Below, one piece after another: positions 9,102-19,908 of a DNA stretch of 64,000 nucleotides. Numbering within the stretch: the stretch's first letter is position 1; every line of letters begins with the position of its first letter. The DNA comes from Diplonema japonicum. Taxonomy: Eukaryota; Protista; Euglenozoa: Diplonemea. The notes under the pieces are model-generated. The model searched no databases. It was not told the origin of the DNA and worked only from the letters and a program-made list of their open reading frames with translations. Location: NCBI GenBank assembly GCA_964019335.1, contig OZ025755.1, positions 62,001-126,000 of the forward strand, read 5' to 3'. A program made the translations under genes and the position numbers.

Positions 9102-12100
9102 CTAGTCGAGATGGATGTTGAGGTTCTCCTCGAATATTTTTGAATCGATCGTGTCGTCCACCAACAAATGGTACACCCTCACTGGGTGGCCCTGCCCATA
9201 TCGGTGGACCCTGCCCACGGCCTGTTTCTGCATTGCTGTGTACTTCACGTTGGACTTTGCGTACAAAGGATGGAAGAAAACTGCGTTCCGCGCACAGGTA
9301 AGATTGAGACCACTGGAGCTCACATCCAACGTGAGGAGAAGAACCCTGAGGATGCCCGTCTGGAAGTCGCGAAGGGTGTCTAGACATGACTTCCCGTTTT
9401 CCGTGATGCACCCGATCCCGATCTTCGCTTTCTTAAAAGCTGACAAAATGTGTTCAGTGAGGCTGTTGAACTGTGAAAAAAGAATCACCCTTTCGCTTCG
9501 GTCCTCCGCAAGCAACTCTGCCACTAACCGAGTCATTTCGACCATTTTGGTCTCAACACTGCCTCCCTCGCCGTTCATGGCGGTGTACGGGTAGAGATAC
9601 TGGCGTTTGAGAATTGCAGCACAACCTTTGTTGAAGCAACCGTCGTGGCCGTCTTCCAGACGTTCATCGATGTGGCATAGATGAGCTACATGACCGCATG
9701 TGCTTGAGATGCATAGAGGGCGGGTGTCTGATTCTGGTTGTTGCTTGTCGCATATTTCACATTGGAGTTTTTTCGCCATGGCATGCTGCATAAACCTCAC
9801 GCTTCGTGTGTTTTCAACTAGCTCCCTTGCGATGGATCTCAATTTGTGCGTTTGCTCGTCGAGATTGTACTTCAGCTCGTCGTCGGTTCCCTTTGGTTCG
9901 TTTGTTTTCTTCCCATTCTTCACCTTGCGCCCCTCGGCTTTCTTGATGATCTCTTTAATCGTTTTTGCGGCGTTGTCGTCTTCCGCAAGCGCGCCCTGCT
10001 CCCAGTTTTCAAATTTTCCGTTGTACCCGATTTCGTTTGTTTTTCTTCGGATCAAGGCACGGAGATCGAGCGCAGCGTTGAGGTTCGACAGAAGATTCTC
10101 CTTGCAATCGCAGATCCGTTTTCTTTTGTTCGAAAGAAGTTGTTCAAAAGAATCAGATTCGTGCGTTGCGGCGGCGTTCAGCAACGCTTCTGCAGCACTG
10201 TCTGCTGGAAGACTCTGCGCCGCAGTTTCCATCTGTTGATACACGATGGAGTGCACTCTTGAGAGGTTGAACCGCTTCTCAGTTACGGTGATAGGCAGCT
10301 CGTCGATCTCCGCGATGTTCTTTCTCACAAACATGTCAAGGAATCTCTGTGCTGCCTTGTACCGCTGTTCCTTCCACGAACCAGATTTCACGGTTCGCAA
10401 AGAGTGGAATTTTTCAGCGTCGGTGAGCTTAACCTCCGCCCGGACACCAAGATGGATTCCAAGCAAGCTTGCAATCTTACTAACCTCGTTGAAACTTGAC
10501 GTGTCGGGTGTACCAGATAGAAGCCACTTGTGGTGTGCCCTGAGCCTTTCCACGACTATATATTGGTCGTCTTTGAGAAACGTGTACTCATCAACAATGA
10601 TCCTCTTCCACGTGATGTGTTCCAGCTTTAAAGCCCGGGTTTCCTTGGGAGTGTCTAGAAATTCGTAATACTCTTTTCGGAACTTTCTGATATCGGTGTT
10701 CGCGTTCATATCGAGGCGCGACCTGGTGAGCAGTGTAGTAGACAGCAACACTATGTCCGAGGTGCAAAGGGTGTTTAGAGTGGCCCTGTCGAAAGCGGAC
10801 TTATTTTTCAATATGACGATTTTGGTGGACGGCGGGAGGAATTTTTCAACCTCGTCGGGCCATTGTGACATCAGATGGGGTGGGACAATCACTAGCGTGG
10901 CCTTCGACTTCGTGAAATTTTTCGCATCGACATAATATTCGGTTGGGTGGACATTGTGGTCGGACGCGATAAGAGAAAGTGAAACCACGGTCTTCCCGTA
11001 CCCGACTTCGTCGGCAAGAGCGCCGCCTCGAAGGGTCTTGGGGCATGTTGCTCTTCCTTCAACAGACCATCCTGAGATAGTCTGAGATACAATTTCCTGT
11101 TGGCGGAACGGTGTGTTATCGTTTTCCCTGCTGATCATCCACGAGAGGGACCTGAGCTGTTCGACGCGAAGGCGGAACGGTTCGTTCAGTTCCGGAGGGT
11201 TTTTGTGGGGTGGGTCGGTTCTGTTCCCAACAAGAACGAGCTCTCCTGTTTTCTGTACATCAGCGTCGGAAACCACCCTCCATGAGTACTCGCACTCTGT
11301 TTCAATTGTGTCATTGATGTTTGTTGTCAGTACTTGTGTCGCGCGGTGGATCACCGCCATTGGGTTCAGTGCGACCCTGATCTCGGTTTTCTTTTTCGAC
11401 GCAAGAGCTCGTTTTTGTACCGTGAACGCTTTCGGTCTGGCCTTCAGTGCTTGTTCGTACGCTGTCGCTTCCTTTTCGTCCTCTGTCAGACGTTTGCCCC
11501 ACTTAAGTGTCGGCTTCGGCGGGCTGCACTTTGTGCAGTTTAAAACGTTCAAACCACCGTTAATCGCAACTTTTACCCAGTTTGTAAAGATGTCCGGGAT
11601 TGTTAGAGAGCTCACTGCCCAACTCATGTCTGCGTTGCTGCATGATGTCCAAGTTTCGCATTTTGCCGCAATTGGCACCCTTGGATCCAACGAAAGCTTG
11701 GTCATGACGAAAGGATCGGAACATGTAGACTGTGCGATGTTAGGGAGGTGCTGGAGGTTCGACACCTCAATGCATTGGTTGAACCGGACGCCGCCTTTGG
11801 ATTCTACATACTCAGGAACGCATATTTTGAGCTTTTGGGGCTTGTCGGACAGACTCCACCCTGGAGGGGACGTCCCGAAGAAGTCACGGTGAAGGCCGAC
11901 CGGGAGTTTTTCATACGTCTCTGCGAAGCAAAAAACATCTTCTGTTGCCGTGCCCAGCGGGAGTAAATCTTTGAAGAAGTAACAGTCCTCGTCGAACCGT
12001 CGGTACAGGACTCCCATAGGCCCCCCGCATTTTGGAAGAAGATGATAGGTACCAGCAATTTTTTTCGCCAGCATGGTGCCTTTTGCCCATTCGGAGTTGC

Positions 12101-15100
12101 AGGTTACTTCCAAGACGCTGGGCACGCTGGGGAAGTCCACAGTAACACCCAGCTGGACCACCCACGGGTCCTTGTACTCCGTTCCCTTGAGGCTCAGTTC
12201 CAAGGTCTTATTTCGTTTGTACACGGTTGTCAGCTGCGGGGAGACCACAACTATCGGGACCCGTTTATTGGTCTCGTACACCCTCCACGTGATCCCCTTC
12301 AGCTCCGTGTCGAGCGTTGCGTGGGTGTGGAATTTTCTGTCGTCCGTCCAGTACTCCGCGACCCACTTTCGGGTTCTCCTTACCTTTTTGAGCTGGAAAA
12401 TTGCGTTTTGGAGGGGTTTCGGACTATCGTCGACGTGTATGGTGATGCACAAGGGTAAGGCCTGGAGGAGCATGTCTCTGAGTGCGGTAGGATCGCTTCT
12501 TTTCGGTGTGACTGTGACATAGTCGTGAATGGGGTTCCCTTTGCAGTCGCCGCACGCGCTGTACCCGCATTCGGAACACCGGTACAGGGAGTTCCTCGTC
12601 AGCTTCGTACTGAACGCCTCGCAGGCACAATGGAGCGAAGCCGGGTGCGCGTGTTCGATTAAAAATTTCATCGTGGCTTCGGGGATGCTGAGGGGAAGCA
12701 CTGCGTGCTCTGTTGCGTCGGTCAGTTCCTTGACCGTCGGTGCTCTGTTCGACTTTACCGGGCTCTGGCAAGTTGTTTCGGTTAATCTCCGTTTTTTCGC
12801 AGCCTTCAATGGAGCTTGGTACACCGTGAGCAAGGCGGACATGATGCATGCCCCGACAACGGTAGTAGTCATGGCGTTTCCAGCGAGGTCTTTCAATTGT
12901 TTTTCGGATTCTCTTGTAAGAGAGAGATCTTCGATGGGGATTCCTTGTATCGCTAGTGCTTCGGCGCCAACAAGCGGGCCGCCGCGTGATGTGAGGAAAG
13001 GAATCATGCTCGGGGTTAGACAAGGTACGATGCCTTGCTTGGAACAGTGCCCTCTGTCGACGTTGCAGGCTAAGTTCCAAATAGCGGAGCGGAACAGCGC
13101 GTCGTCGCTGTCACGGAGACCTTTCAGATACCGGATTTCAATTGTGTCCCTTACACGGTCTGTCATCGACCCGATCCAGTCTTTCCAGAACCAGTCGATC
13201 GGTTGTTGATGGCCTTTGCCGTCCCATTTTGTAAGCGGGCGTTGTTGTCCTAGATGGTTTATCGCGCGTTCTTTCGCGTGTCGCATTTCACATCGAAGCC
13301 AGTTGACCTCTTTTTTTTCTTTTTTGACCGATTTGTCCCGCGCCCTGACCACCATCGGGTCGTCGTCTGTCAGCAAATAGTCCGTGAAGTTCGACGGTGC
13401 GTTGCTCTGCAAACCCCGGATGATGTTGTTCCATTCGCAAAGATGTTTTTTGTCGCCCAGCGTCGCGCAGAGGTAGCCCCGTTCCCGGGTTTGTGGGAGG
13501 TAATGGTATTTTGTGTCAACTTTTATATGGCGGGTGGAGTATTTCTGCCCGTTGGGGAGGTCTAGGTTGCGAAAGGCAGCATTTATCTCGTCCCATGGAG
13601 CATGGCTAACATTCTCCAAAATGACAACCTTTGGTACGCTGCGTTTCACCCAGTCAAGCATTCCTCGAAATGTCATACCGGACTGCCCGTCATCGTCGAG
13701 ACCTTTTTGGAACTTGTTGAGCAGGCTGAAATCCTTGCAAACGGTTCCGGCAACCAGAACGTCGACTTCTGTAGGAACCCGAACGGTGGCGCCGTACGCT
13801 GTGGATGCGTGGGAGTTGCCCAGCTCTCGGATGTCTCTGAAAAGGATTTTCGGCGAGAAGTTTCTTTCGATGTACGCTTGTTTAAACGGTTCGATCTCGC
13901 AGGAAAACACATGCTCGAAAAACTCGAACCCAGCACCCTTTTGAAACATGCTAAGCGCGAGCAACGGTGCTTCCGTTCCCGAACACATGGTGGCAACGCG
14001 AATCTTTCGGTTTTTCGTCAGCTCCTTGATGTTCCGCATGGGTTCGGGCCATTTCTCCTCGATGGTTTTCGCCATATCGTCGAACATGTCCTGGGGCCTC
14101 GAGAACCATTTCTCACCAGGTGCCCATTTTCCGCGGGGGGCGTACGATGTCCCATTGTCGTCCTCACTGTCAGAAGAGTCGGCCTTCCGTTTTCCAACAG
14201 TTTTCCTCCTCGTTTTTTCAATTGGTTTTTTTCGAGCTGCAAGCAATTCCGGCGAAGACCCAGTCCCGGTGCTGCTACTACTGCTGCTGGAGGAATCCTC
14301 TTCTTCCGATGAAGGGTCTTCTTCTTCTTCTTCTTCTTCCTTAGTTGTCAGCCGCACTCCAGAGTCTGTCGTGAACACCCATCCTGTAGATATTTTTTCC
14401 ACAGAGGCCACCTTGCAATACACCAACCGGGTGCCGAACAGTGAAAGATCAAGATTTTCACCATCGTCCGCTGACACCTCGGTTGTCCCGATCAGGAAGC
14501 AGTCGCTGCACCCTTTTTTGAGCATGATGTTCTTCGTGGTTGGACGTCCGTTCAACAGTGCCAGGTATGACAGAAGTTTAGCATCGTTCGTAACTGTATA
14601 TTGATCAATTGGTTCGGGGAGGATTTCCGGTGCGGCCCATAGCAGGTTCGATGGTGTGAGATGGGCCAACAGCGCGGACTTGGAGCTGTTTGATAGGGAA
14701 AGCGGTTTTACCGCATCGCCCCGAAATCGGACAGCTATCCTTGTCAGGAGAACATTGATGCCCTCCAGTAGGTGTGGGGATATAGGTTGGGCATTGTTTG
14801 TCAGACTGGGTTCCGGTGGGGGTTTCTCAGTGCCTTTCCACCCAGAGTGGTCTTTTGGGATTTGTTTCAGTGTAATTAGGACACCGTTAACGGTTACTCT
14901 GTACCAATTTCGGTGCAGAATTGACTGGACCCACAGCCCGCTCCACGGTCCTTTTTCTTTGATGTTGCGGAGACATCCTATTTTGAAGGAAACTTTTGTG
15001 CGGTTTACTGGTAGGCATCCTCCGTTGTAGAGCGGTACTGCTTCTCCGGAAACGGTTAAGTACGAGCCTGATTGGAGCATTTTTGTGAGTTTCGGCATCG

Positions 15101-15398
15101 TTCTAGGGCCGGTGTAAGGTTGTCCCTTGTATGTCATGGTTGGGTTGAATAAATGTCTGTCGGGGCCTGTAGCCTCGCCTTTTCCCTCGCCTTTCAGGGC
15201 GATCTGTTCTGTAACGGCTGTGTGGTCTTCACCTGGGAGGCAGAAGGGATCGATGTCGATGATGGGTTTTATCATTAGATTGTCATTAGCGTCCACAATA
15301 TCCTTAAGAATTTCCCTCTGGCCGTTTCCTATCGACAGTGGAATGGGTAGTGAAAGCCTGCGAATGGCCTCACCCACGATTTGGAGGCGATCGGGCAT
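9102..15398 (-). CDS. DNMT5: DNMT5-family cytosine-5 DNA methyltransferase fused to SNF2 ATPase and RING-like finger
   Basis: MTase motifs VATMCSGTEAP, FSCEIEPFKQAYIERNF, LVAGTVCKDFS (catalytic Cys), ILENV, LPQTRERGY, LAGNAM. SNF2 motifs LADEVGYGKT, IVDEY, LSGTP, GLNLTCA, QAVGRVHRYGQ. CEIC..CGH..C RING-like insert. Uninterrupted 2098-aa ORF. Confidence 0.93.
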   Translation of the reverse strand: MPDRLQIVGEAIRRLSLPIPLSIGNGQREILKDIVDANDNLMIKPIIDIDPFCLPGEDHTAVTEQIALKGEGKGEATGPDRHLFNPTMTYKGQPYTGPRTMPKLTKMLQSGSYLTVSGEAVPLYNGGCLPVNRTKVSFKIGCLRNIKEKGPWSGLWVQSILHRNWYRVTVNGVLITLKQIPKDHSGWKGTEKPPPEPSLTNNAQPISPHLLEGINVLLTRIAVRFRGDAVKPLSLSNSSKSALLAHLTPSNLLWAAPEILPEPIDQYTVTNDAKLLSYLALLNGRPTTKNIMLKKGCSDCFLIGTTEVSADDGENLDLSLFGTRLVYCKVASVEKISTGWVFTTDSGVRLTTKEEEEEEEDPSSEEEDSSSSSSSSTGTGSSPELLAARKKPIEKTRRKTVGKRKADSSDSEDDNGTSYAPRGKWAPGEKWFSRPQDMFDDMAKTIEEKWPEPMRNIKELTKNRKIRVATMCSGTEAPLLALSMFQKGAGFEFFEHVFSCEIEPFKQAYIERNFSPKILFRDIRELGNSHASTAYGATVRVPTEVDVLVAGTVCKDFSLLNKFQKGLDDDGQSGMTFRGMLDWVKRSVPKVVILENVSHAPWDEINAAFRNLDLPNGQKYSTRHIKVDTKYHYLPQTRERGYLCATLGDKKHLCEWNNIIRGLQSNAPSNFTDYLLTDDDPMVVRARDKSVKKEKKEVNWLRCEMRHAKERAINHLGQQRPLTKWDGKGHQQPIDWFWKDWIGSMTDRVRDTIEIRYLKGLRDSDDALFRSAIWNLACNVDRGHCSKQGIVPCLTPSMIPFLTSRGGPLVGAEALAIQGIPIEDLSLTRESEKQLKDLAGNAMTTTVVGACIMSALLTVYQAPLKAAKKRRLTETTCQSPVKSNRAPTVKELTDATEHAVLPLSIPEATMKFLIEHAHPASLHCACEAFSTKLTRNSLYRCSECGYSACGDCKGNPIHDYVTVTPKRSDPTALRDMLLQALPLCITIHVDDSPKPLQNAIFQLKKVRRTRKWVAEYWTDDRKFHTHATLDTELKGITWRVYETNKRVPIVVVSPQLTTVYKRNKTLELSLKGTEYKDPWVVQLGVTVDFPSVPSVLEVTCNSEWAKGTMLAKKIAGTYHLLPKCGGPMGVLYRRFDEDCYFFKDLLPLGTATEDVFCFAETYEKLPVGLHRDFFGTSPPGWSLSDKPQKLKICVPEYVESKGGVRFNQCIEVSNLQHLPNIAQSTCSDPFVMTKLSLDPRVPIAAKCETWTSCSNADMSWAVSSLTIPDIFTNWVKVAINGGLNVLNCTKCSPPKPTLKWGKRLTEDEKEATAYEQALKARPKAFTVQKRALASKKKTEIRVALNPMAVIHRATQVLTTNINDTIETECEYSWRVVSDADVQKTGELVLVGNRTDPPHKNPPELNEPFRLRVEQLRSLSWMISRENDNTPFRQQEIVSQTISGWSVEGRATCPKTLRGGALADEVGYGKTVVSLSLIASDHNVHPTEYYVDAKNFTKSKATLVIVPPHLMSQWPDEVEKFLPPSTKIVILKNKSAFDRATLNTLCTSDIVLLSTTLLTRSRLDMNANTDIRKFRKEYYEFLDTPKETRALKLEHITWKRIIVDEYTFLKDDQYIVVERLRAHHKWLLSGTPDTSSFNEVSKIASLLGIHLGVRAEVKLTDAEKFHSLRTVKSGSWKEQRYKAAQRFLDMFVRKNIAEIDELPITVTEKRFNLSRVHSIVYQQMETAAQSLPADSAAEALLNAAATHESDSFEQLLSNKRKRICDCKENLLSNLNAALDLRALIRRKTNEIGYNGKFENWEQGALAEDDNAAKTIKEIIKKAEGRKVKNGKKTNEPKGTDDELKYNLDEQTHKLRSIARELVENTRSVRFMQHAMAKKLQCEICDKQQPESDTRPLCISSTCGHVAHLCHIDERLEDGHDGCFNKGCAAILKRQYLYPYTAMNGEGGSVETKMVEMTRLVAELLAEDRSERVILFSQFNSLTEHILSAFKKAKIGIGCITENGKSCLDTLRDFQTGILRVLLLTLDVSSSGLNLTCARNAVFFHPLYAKSNVKYTAMQKQAVGRVHRYGQGHPVRVYHLLVDDTIDSKIFEENLNIHLD

Positions 15399-16050
15399 TT
15401 TTTTTCCTTTTTTTTTTTTCCCGCTTTTTTTTTTATCTGCCTGAAAAAAAAAAGAAAAAAAAATGAGAAAAAAAAAAAAGGAAAAGGAAAAAAAAAAAAA
15501 AAAATCGGCAGAAAAAAATAAATCTCAGCTTTTCTTTTTTTTTTTTGTACAACAGGTGCCCTTCCACGTTTGTTGTGGTGGATTGTTGAATGTATATATG
15601 AGATTCATTGCTTGTTTCTCCCTCTTTTTTTTTTACCAAAAAAAACAAATAATTACGTGAGGCTTAGCAAAAGTGGCTAGCCTAAGAAGGGGGGGAAGAA
15701 TAAAGAAAGAGAAGGTAAAAAATAAAAAAAAAAAGTATAAAAAAAAGAGAAAGAGAAGAAAAATGAGCTATCTTTATCAATTCTTGTATCCTTTGCTTTT
15801 TCTTCTTCTTTTTTTTTTCTTCTTCTTTTTTTTTTTTTTTTTTTACTCCTAGTTATTAGATTTCTTTTTGCTTCTTTTTTATATTTTTACTTTTTTTTTT
15901 TTTCTTACTTCTTCGCATACAAGTTCGGAAGAAATTTAAAAAAAAAAAAGAGAAAATTAAAGAGAGGGAGCAAAAAAAAAAAGAAAAAAAATTTAAAAAA
16001 AACAGGGGAGGAAAACAAACATTAGAGCTTTATAGATTAAAAAAAAAAAA

Positions 16051-16180
16051 GGGCGATGTTAAAAAGGGCGATGTACGAGAAAATCCCACTTGAGGACCAC
16101 CCTCTATCTTGTCTATCTTTTGATGCTCCCTTTTTTTTTTTTTTTTTCTTTTTTTTTTTTTTTGGAGCCTTGCTTTCGTT
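16051..16180. repeat. Dispersed repeat, copy A (3' flank of the 16226 gene)
   Basis: aaaaagggcgatgt..cccacttgaggacca..gtctatcttttgatgctccc(T-run)ggagccttgctt aligns block by block with 17711-17792. Confidence 0.75.
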
Positions 16181-16188
16181 CCGATGGC

Positions 16189-16219
<31 letters not shown>

Positions 16220-16225
16220 TCAAAT

Positions 16226-17257
16226 TCACCTTCCTCCCGACGGGGGAGCAGTAGGCGGAGGGGGTGGGAAGCCAGGGTCGACCGTCGGGGGTGGAGGAGG
16301 AAACCCATTAGGTGCCTCCGTCTTCACGGGCGGGATAAAACGGTCCTCAGAAGCGTCATGCGGGCACACATTGCACTTCCCCTGTGACTGCCAAGGCCCA
16401 TGCTGCCTAAACGGCTTCGGGCACAAATGCCTCTCACAAATTCCTCCATTCACGTTCCAGGCACACTCCCCTGGAATGGACCCAACACAGTCCCCCTCAT
16501 TACCATACGAACTGCAGTCAGATGTGGCAGGCGAATACGCAAAAAACGCAAATTCTAGCAATTTCGGAGCCTTCACGATATCAGTCTCGCCTTCTGCAGC
16601 GGTTTTATGATAAACAACAAGACTGTGGTGGTGGCTGGCGACATTTATATCCAGGTCCAAGGAAGTCCCGCAACGGAACGGGCGGAATCCCTTCACAAGA
16701 AGCAGAGCTTCGATATTACCCCCATTCTCGTACTGGCAAGGGGGGCAGCTGTACACAATGACAAAGTGATCGCACAGCTGTGAGTAGCCACCATGGCCAG
16801 GGGAGCACACCATGTGCATTTCGTACCCAGGGCTGCTTCGAACTGAGGGGACCTGTGCCCACCTGCCGATCATGGTGGGGGGGAAGTTCAGGAAAGCAGA
16901 GTCGCCCATGTCTGTGTACCCCTTCATCCCGTTCAGGATTCGTGTGGATTTTGTCCCGCTGCTTGGGGCGCTTGGTGCGGGGTTTATTTCCTGACCGCCT
17001 CCCTTCCCACTCGTGCCGGCGTAGCCTGCTCCTGGTTGTGCGATGCCGCACTCACCTGGTTTTGGTGTTGTGCCGCATGGTATGTTGCAGCTCTCTTGTG
17101 TGGACTCCCTTACGCATTTTCCGTTCTGGTTCACCACGCCGGTCCCCAGACACATGAAATCCTGGCAAACCGCCCCTTTGGTGCCTGTCAGTTTGCCCGC
17201 TCCCAAACCTGTCAGACAAAGCAGCAGCAACGCGACATTCAGTCTTTTGCAATTCAT
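16226..17257 (-). CDS. Secreted cysteine-rich protein with Pro-rich tail
   Basis: Signal peptide MNCKRLNVALLLLCLTGLGAG directly after an A-run, many Cys, and a C-terminal PPPPP tract. The upstream ORF extension is homopolymer noise. Confidence 0.8.
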   Translation of the reverse strand: MNCKRLNVALLLLCLTGLGAGKLTGTKGAVCQDFMCLGTGVVNQNGKCVRESTQESCNIPCGTTPKPGECGIAQPGAGYAGTSGKGGGQEINPAPSAPSSGTKSTRILNGMKGYTDMGDSAFLNFPPTMIGRWAQVPSVRSSPGYEMHMVCSPGHGGYSQLCDHFVIVYSCPPCQYENGGNIEALLLVKGFRPFRCGTSLDLDINVASHHHSLVVYHKTAAEGETDIVKAPKLLEFAFFAYSPATSDCSSYGNEGDCVGSIPGECAWNVNGGICERHLCPKPFRQHGPWQSQGKCNVCPHDASEDRFIPPVKTEAPNGFPPPPPTVDPGFPPPPPTAPPSGGR

Positions 17258-17321
17258 TTTTTTTTTTTTTTTTTTTGAAAACTGGTTTTTTTTTATGCGG
17301 AGGGGAAGATGATATTGGCCA

Positions 17322-17372
<51 letters not shown>

Positions 17373-17710
17373 ACAGTAATAAACAATGACTTGGGATGGA
17401 GGGGAGACAAAGTGTGGTTCTTTGGTTATGTCGAGATAGTGGGCACCCATTGAAGGGGATTGGTTTAGCAAAACAGTGAACGGGGGGGAGGGAGGGGGAA
17501 GGGAGAAGAGAATAAATCAATTACTTTAGATTAGAGATAAGATAGGCTTATATAGGTTGTTTAAAGCTGCCCTCCCCTCTTCTTCTTTTTCTTTTTTTCT
17601 TCTTCCGGAGGGGAAGAAAAAGAAAATGCTCTAAAAAAAAAAAAAAAAAAAGTTGAGAGGGGGAAGGAGAGCTATTAAAAAGTAAGTTCAAAGAGGTGTT
17701 GTAAAAAATA

Positions 17711-17792
17711 AAAAGGGCGATGTGTGCAAAGGCCCACTTGAGGACCAGGGGCGGGGGTCTATTTTTGATTCTCCCTTTCTGGAGCCTCGCTT
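17711..17792. repeat. Dispersed repeat, copy B (3' flank of the 18199 gene)
   Basis: aaaagggcgatgt..cccacttgaggacca..gtctatttttgattctccctttctggagcctcgctt; same block order as copy A. Confidence 0.75.
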
Positions 17793-18198
17793 AGTCTTCC
17801 CTCCTATGACCACAAGGGATTTCATTGACCAAGCCTTTCGCCATAAATAGCTATAACAGCGGTAAAGCTGAAGGGGGGGGGGGGGGGGAGGTATACCTTT
17901 CAAGCAAAAGAAGTAAGAAAACAGAAAAACAGAAGAGAAAAAAAAAAGACAAAAACAGAAAAAGTTCATTTTAACCGATACAATTCTGCTGACTTTTTCG
18001 CACGTGAAACGGGAATAGAAGAAAAAAAAAGAAGAGAAAAAAAAAAAGAGAGTAGAAAAAGGTGTGGATTTCAAAAAAAAAAAAAAAAAGAAAAAAAGAA
18101 AAAAAAAAAAGCGCCCCGAAACAAACTTATTAAAGGGTGTCATATTAGTACTATTTACTTTTATAAAAAAAAACTTTTTTTTCTTCCCACCCATCCGT

Positions 18199-19908
18199 TC
18201 AAAGAATCCCCATTTCAAGAGAACTCTTGCGCTTAAAACTAGGGTCGGCCTCGGGCAAAAAACGGGCAAAGCTGCTGTCATGGTCGCAGGGAGTGGGAGA
18301 GGAGAAGTCAGGGGTGGCCTCCGCTCTCCTCTTCAGCTGGTTGCGGTGCACAACGAAGGCGACGGCAGCGCCCGAGCAGAGCACCCCGACGGCAACAAGG
18401 GCGACAATAAGCCAACTGGTTCCACCATCACCATCATCATCACTAACCGGCGAGACCCCCCCATCGACAGGATGAAAGGTAGCAATGGGGCCAGTTCCTC
18501 TCTCAGCCTGTTCTACACCTACCTGTATTTCCTTCTCCGCTAGGATCACTTCATTTTCCGCACCACCAAGAAGCTCATACTCATAAAATACCACTGTCAA
18601 TTCCTGTACCCCACCGGTTCTGAAATAAATCGTTTCATCGTCCAGAATTTCTGCGTTCCACGATCTTGGTACTTTTACCGCAGCTCCCTCCGTTCCCCCT
18701 CCCATGCGGGTGACCACAAGGTACGCCGGGGTTGCTCTTAATATCTTCGAGGTCGACAGCAGCGTTATTCTAATATTTTTCAAAGCCTGCTTCGGGTTCG
18801 CAAGCATCGTTTGTAAGTTTCCCTTCGCCTTCAACCTGTAGGATTTTTTTACCAAACCCGCACGGCGGTCGCTTTCTTCTTTTGCCCGGTCGAAAGCGTC
18901 TTCTTCTTTTAACTTGTCATTGCTGCATAAAACACCTTTCTCGTTGCAGCATCTCATATTGGGCAAGGCGGCGGTGCAATTTAAGGGTATCGGTACCGGG
19001 TTTTCGCAGGTTAAATTGAAACACGACAGCGTACCTTCGCAAACACCAAGTTGTGCACCAGCTTCCGTTTTACAGAGCATGCCTTCCTTTAGAATTTGTT
19101 GGTTGTCTGTTATGCATTCTGCATAGGGGGACCCGGTTGGAACGATGCACTTTTCACCGGGACCGCACTGCCATAAATCGCAAGGGTCTGATTGTTTACA
19201 CGTTCCATCTACACAGACGGTCCCGTCCTCGCACTCACCGAGGACAACACCAGATTTCGTGCATTGCTCGCCCAGCCCAATCACGATTACCACACATTTA
19301 TCACCCGCACACCACTCACTTGCTTTACATAGGACGCATGGGTCCGGTGGTGGTTTCGTGCAAATATTTAAAGTACATTTGGTGGGGTCGGTGCAAATGC
19401 CTATTAAATCGTTATTGCTGTTTCGGCATGTTTGGTTTTCTTGCAGTGTGATGTCTATGCATGTGGCTTTGTTGGTGGAGTTGTCAGATTCGCACTTTGT
19501 CCAAGAGGGGCACATGATTAAGTACGGGGAGCATGGGTCGGTTTGGCAGGTGGGGAGAGTGTTGTTGTTTTGTTTGCATTTAGAGCCGTCTTCGCACTTG
19601 CCTAGCGACGTGCCCTTGTTGTTTTCACATGTTTGGTTGGTGTTTAGTTTGTTTGGGGAACAGGTGGCAGGTGACGTGTCATTCGTGCAAAGGGTGGTTG
19701 GGGATTCGCATTTTCCTAGAGAGGCTCCGGTACTGTCCTCGCATACATCTCCTTCGCTTAGTTTTTCCACACACACCGGTGAGCCATTTTCGTCTTCGCA
19801 CGTTTTGCTGGTACCGCATTGATAACCTGTACATGCGTCGTCAGCATTGACTATTGAGGTGCAGAGGATGCCAGCTACAAATATACACATTGGCTTTTTT
19901 GTTCTCAT
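18199..19908 (-). CDS. Type I membrane protein with tandem Cys-rich repeats
   Basis: Signal peptide; about 5 repeats of the pattern L.EG..C....G..LG.CE....C...TC / DPC; C-terminal TM helix (WLIVALVAVGVLCSGAAVAFVV) followed by basic residues. Confidence 0.82.
   Translation of the reverse strand: MRTKKPMCIFVAGILCTSIVNADDACTGYQCGTSKTCEDENGSPVCVEKLSEGDVCEDSTGASLGKCESPTTLCTNDTSPATCSPNKLNTNQTCENNKGTSLGKCEDGSKCKQNNNTLPTCQTDPCSPYLIMCPSWTKCESDNSTNKATCIDITLQENQTCRNSNNDLIGICTDPTKCTLNICTKPPPDPCVLCKASEWCAGDKCVVIVIGLGEQCTKSGVVLGECEDGTVCVDGTCKQSDPCDLWQCGPGEKCIVPTGSPYAECITDNQQILKEGMLCKTEAGAQLGVCEGTLSCFNLTCENPVPIPLNCTAALPNMRCCNEKGVLCSNDKLKEEDAFDRAKEESDRRAGLVKKSYRLKAKGNLQTMLANPKQALKNIRITLLSTSKILRATPAYLVVTRMGGGTEGAAVKVPRSWNAEILDDETIYFRTGGVQELTVVFYEYELLGGAENEVILAEKEIQVGVEQAERGTGPIATFHPVDGGVSPVSDDDGDGGTSWLIVALVAVGVLCSGAAVAFVVHRNQLKRRAEATPDFSSPTPCDHDSSFARFLPEADPSFKRKSSLEMGIL

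Noticed and set aside
9115-15444. Long plus-strand ORFs overlapping DNMT5 and other genes
   Set aside because: They are antisense shadows of real minus-strand CDSs with no motifs of their own.
15433-16220. Numerous poly-Lys/poly-Phe ORFs here and in other spacers, and homopolymer N-terminal extensions of real genes
   Set aside because: Homopolymer runs lack stop codons; real starts were placed at the ATG following the A-run.
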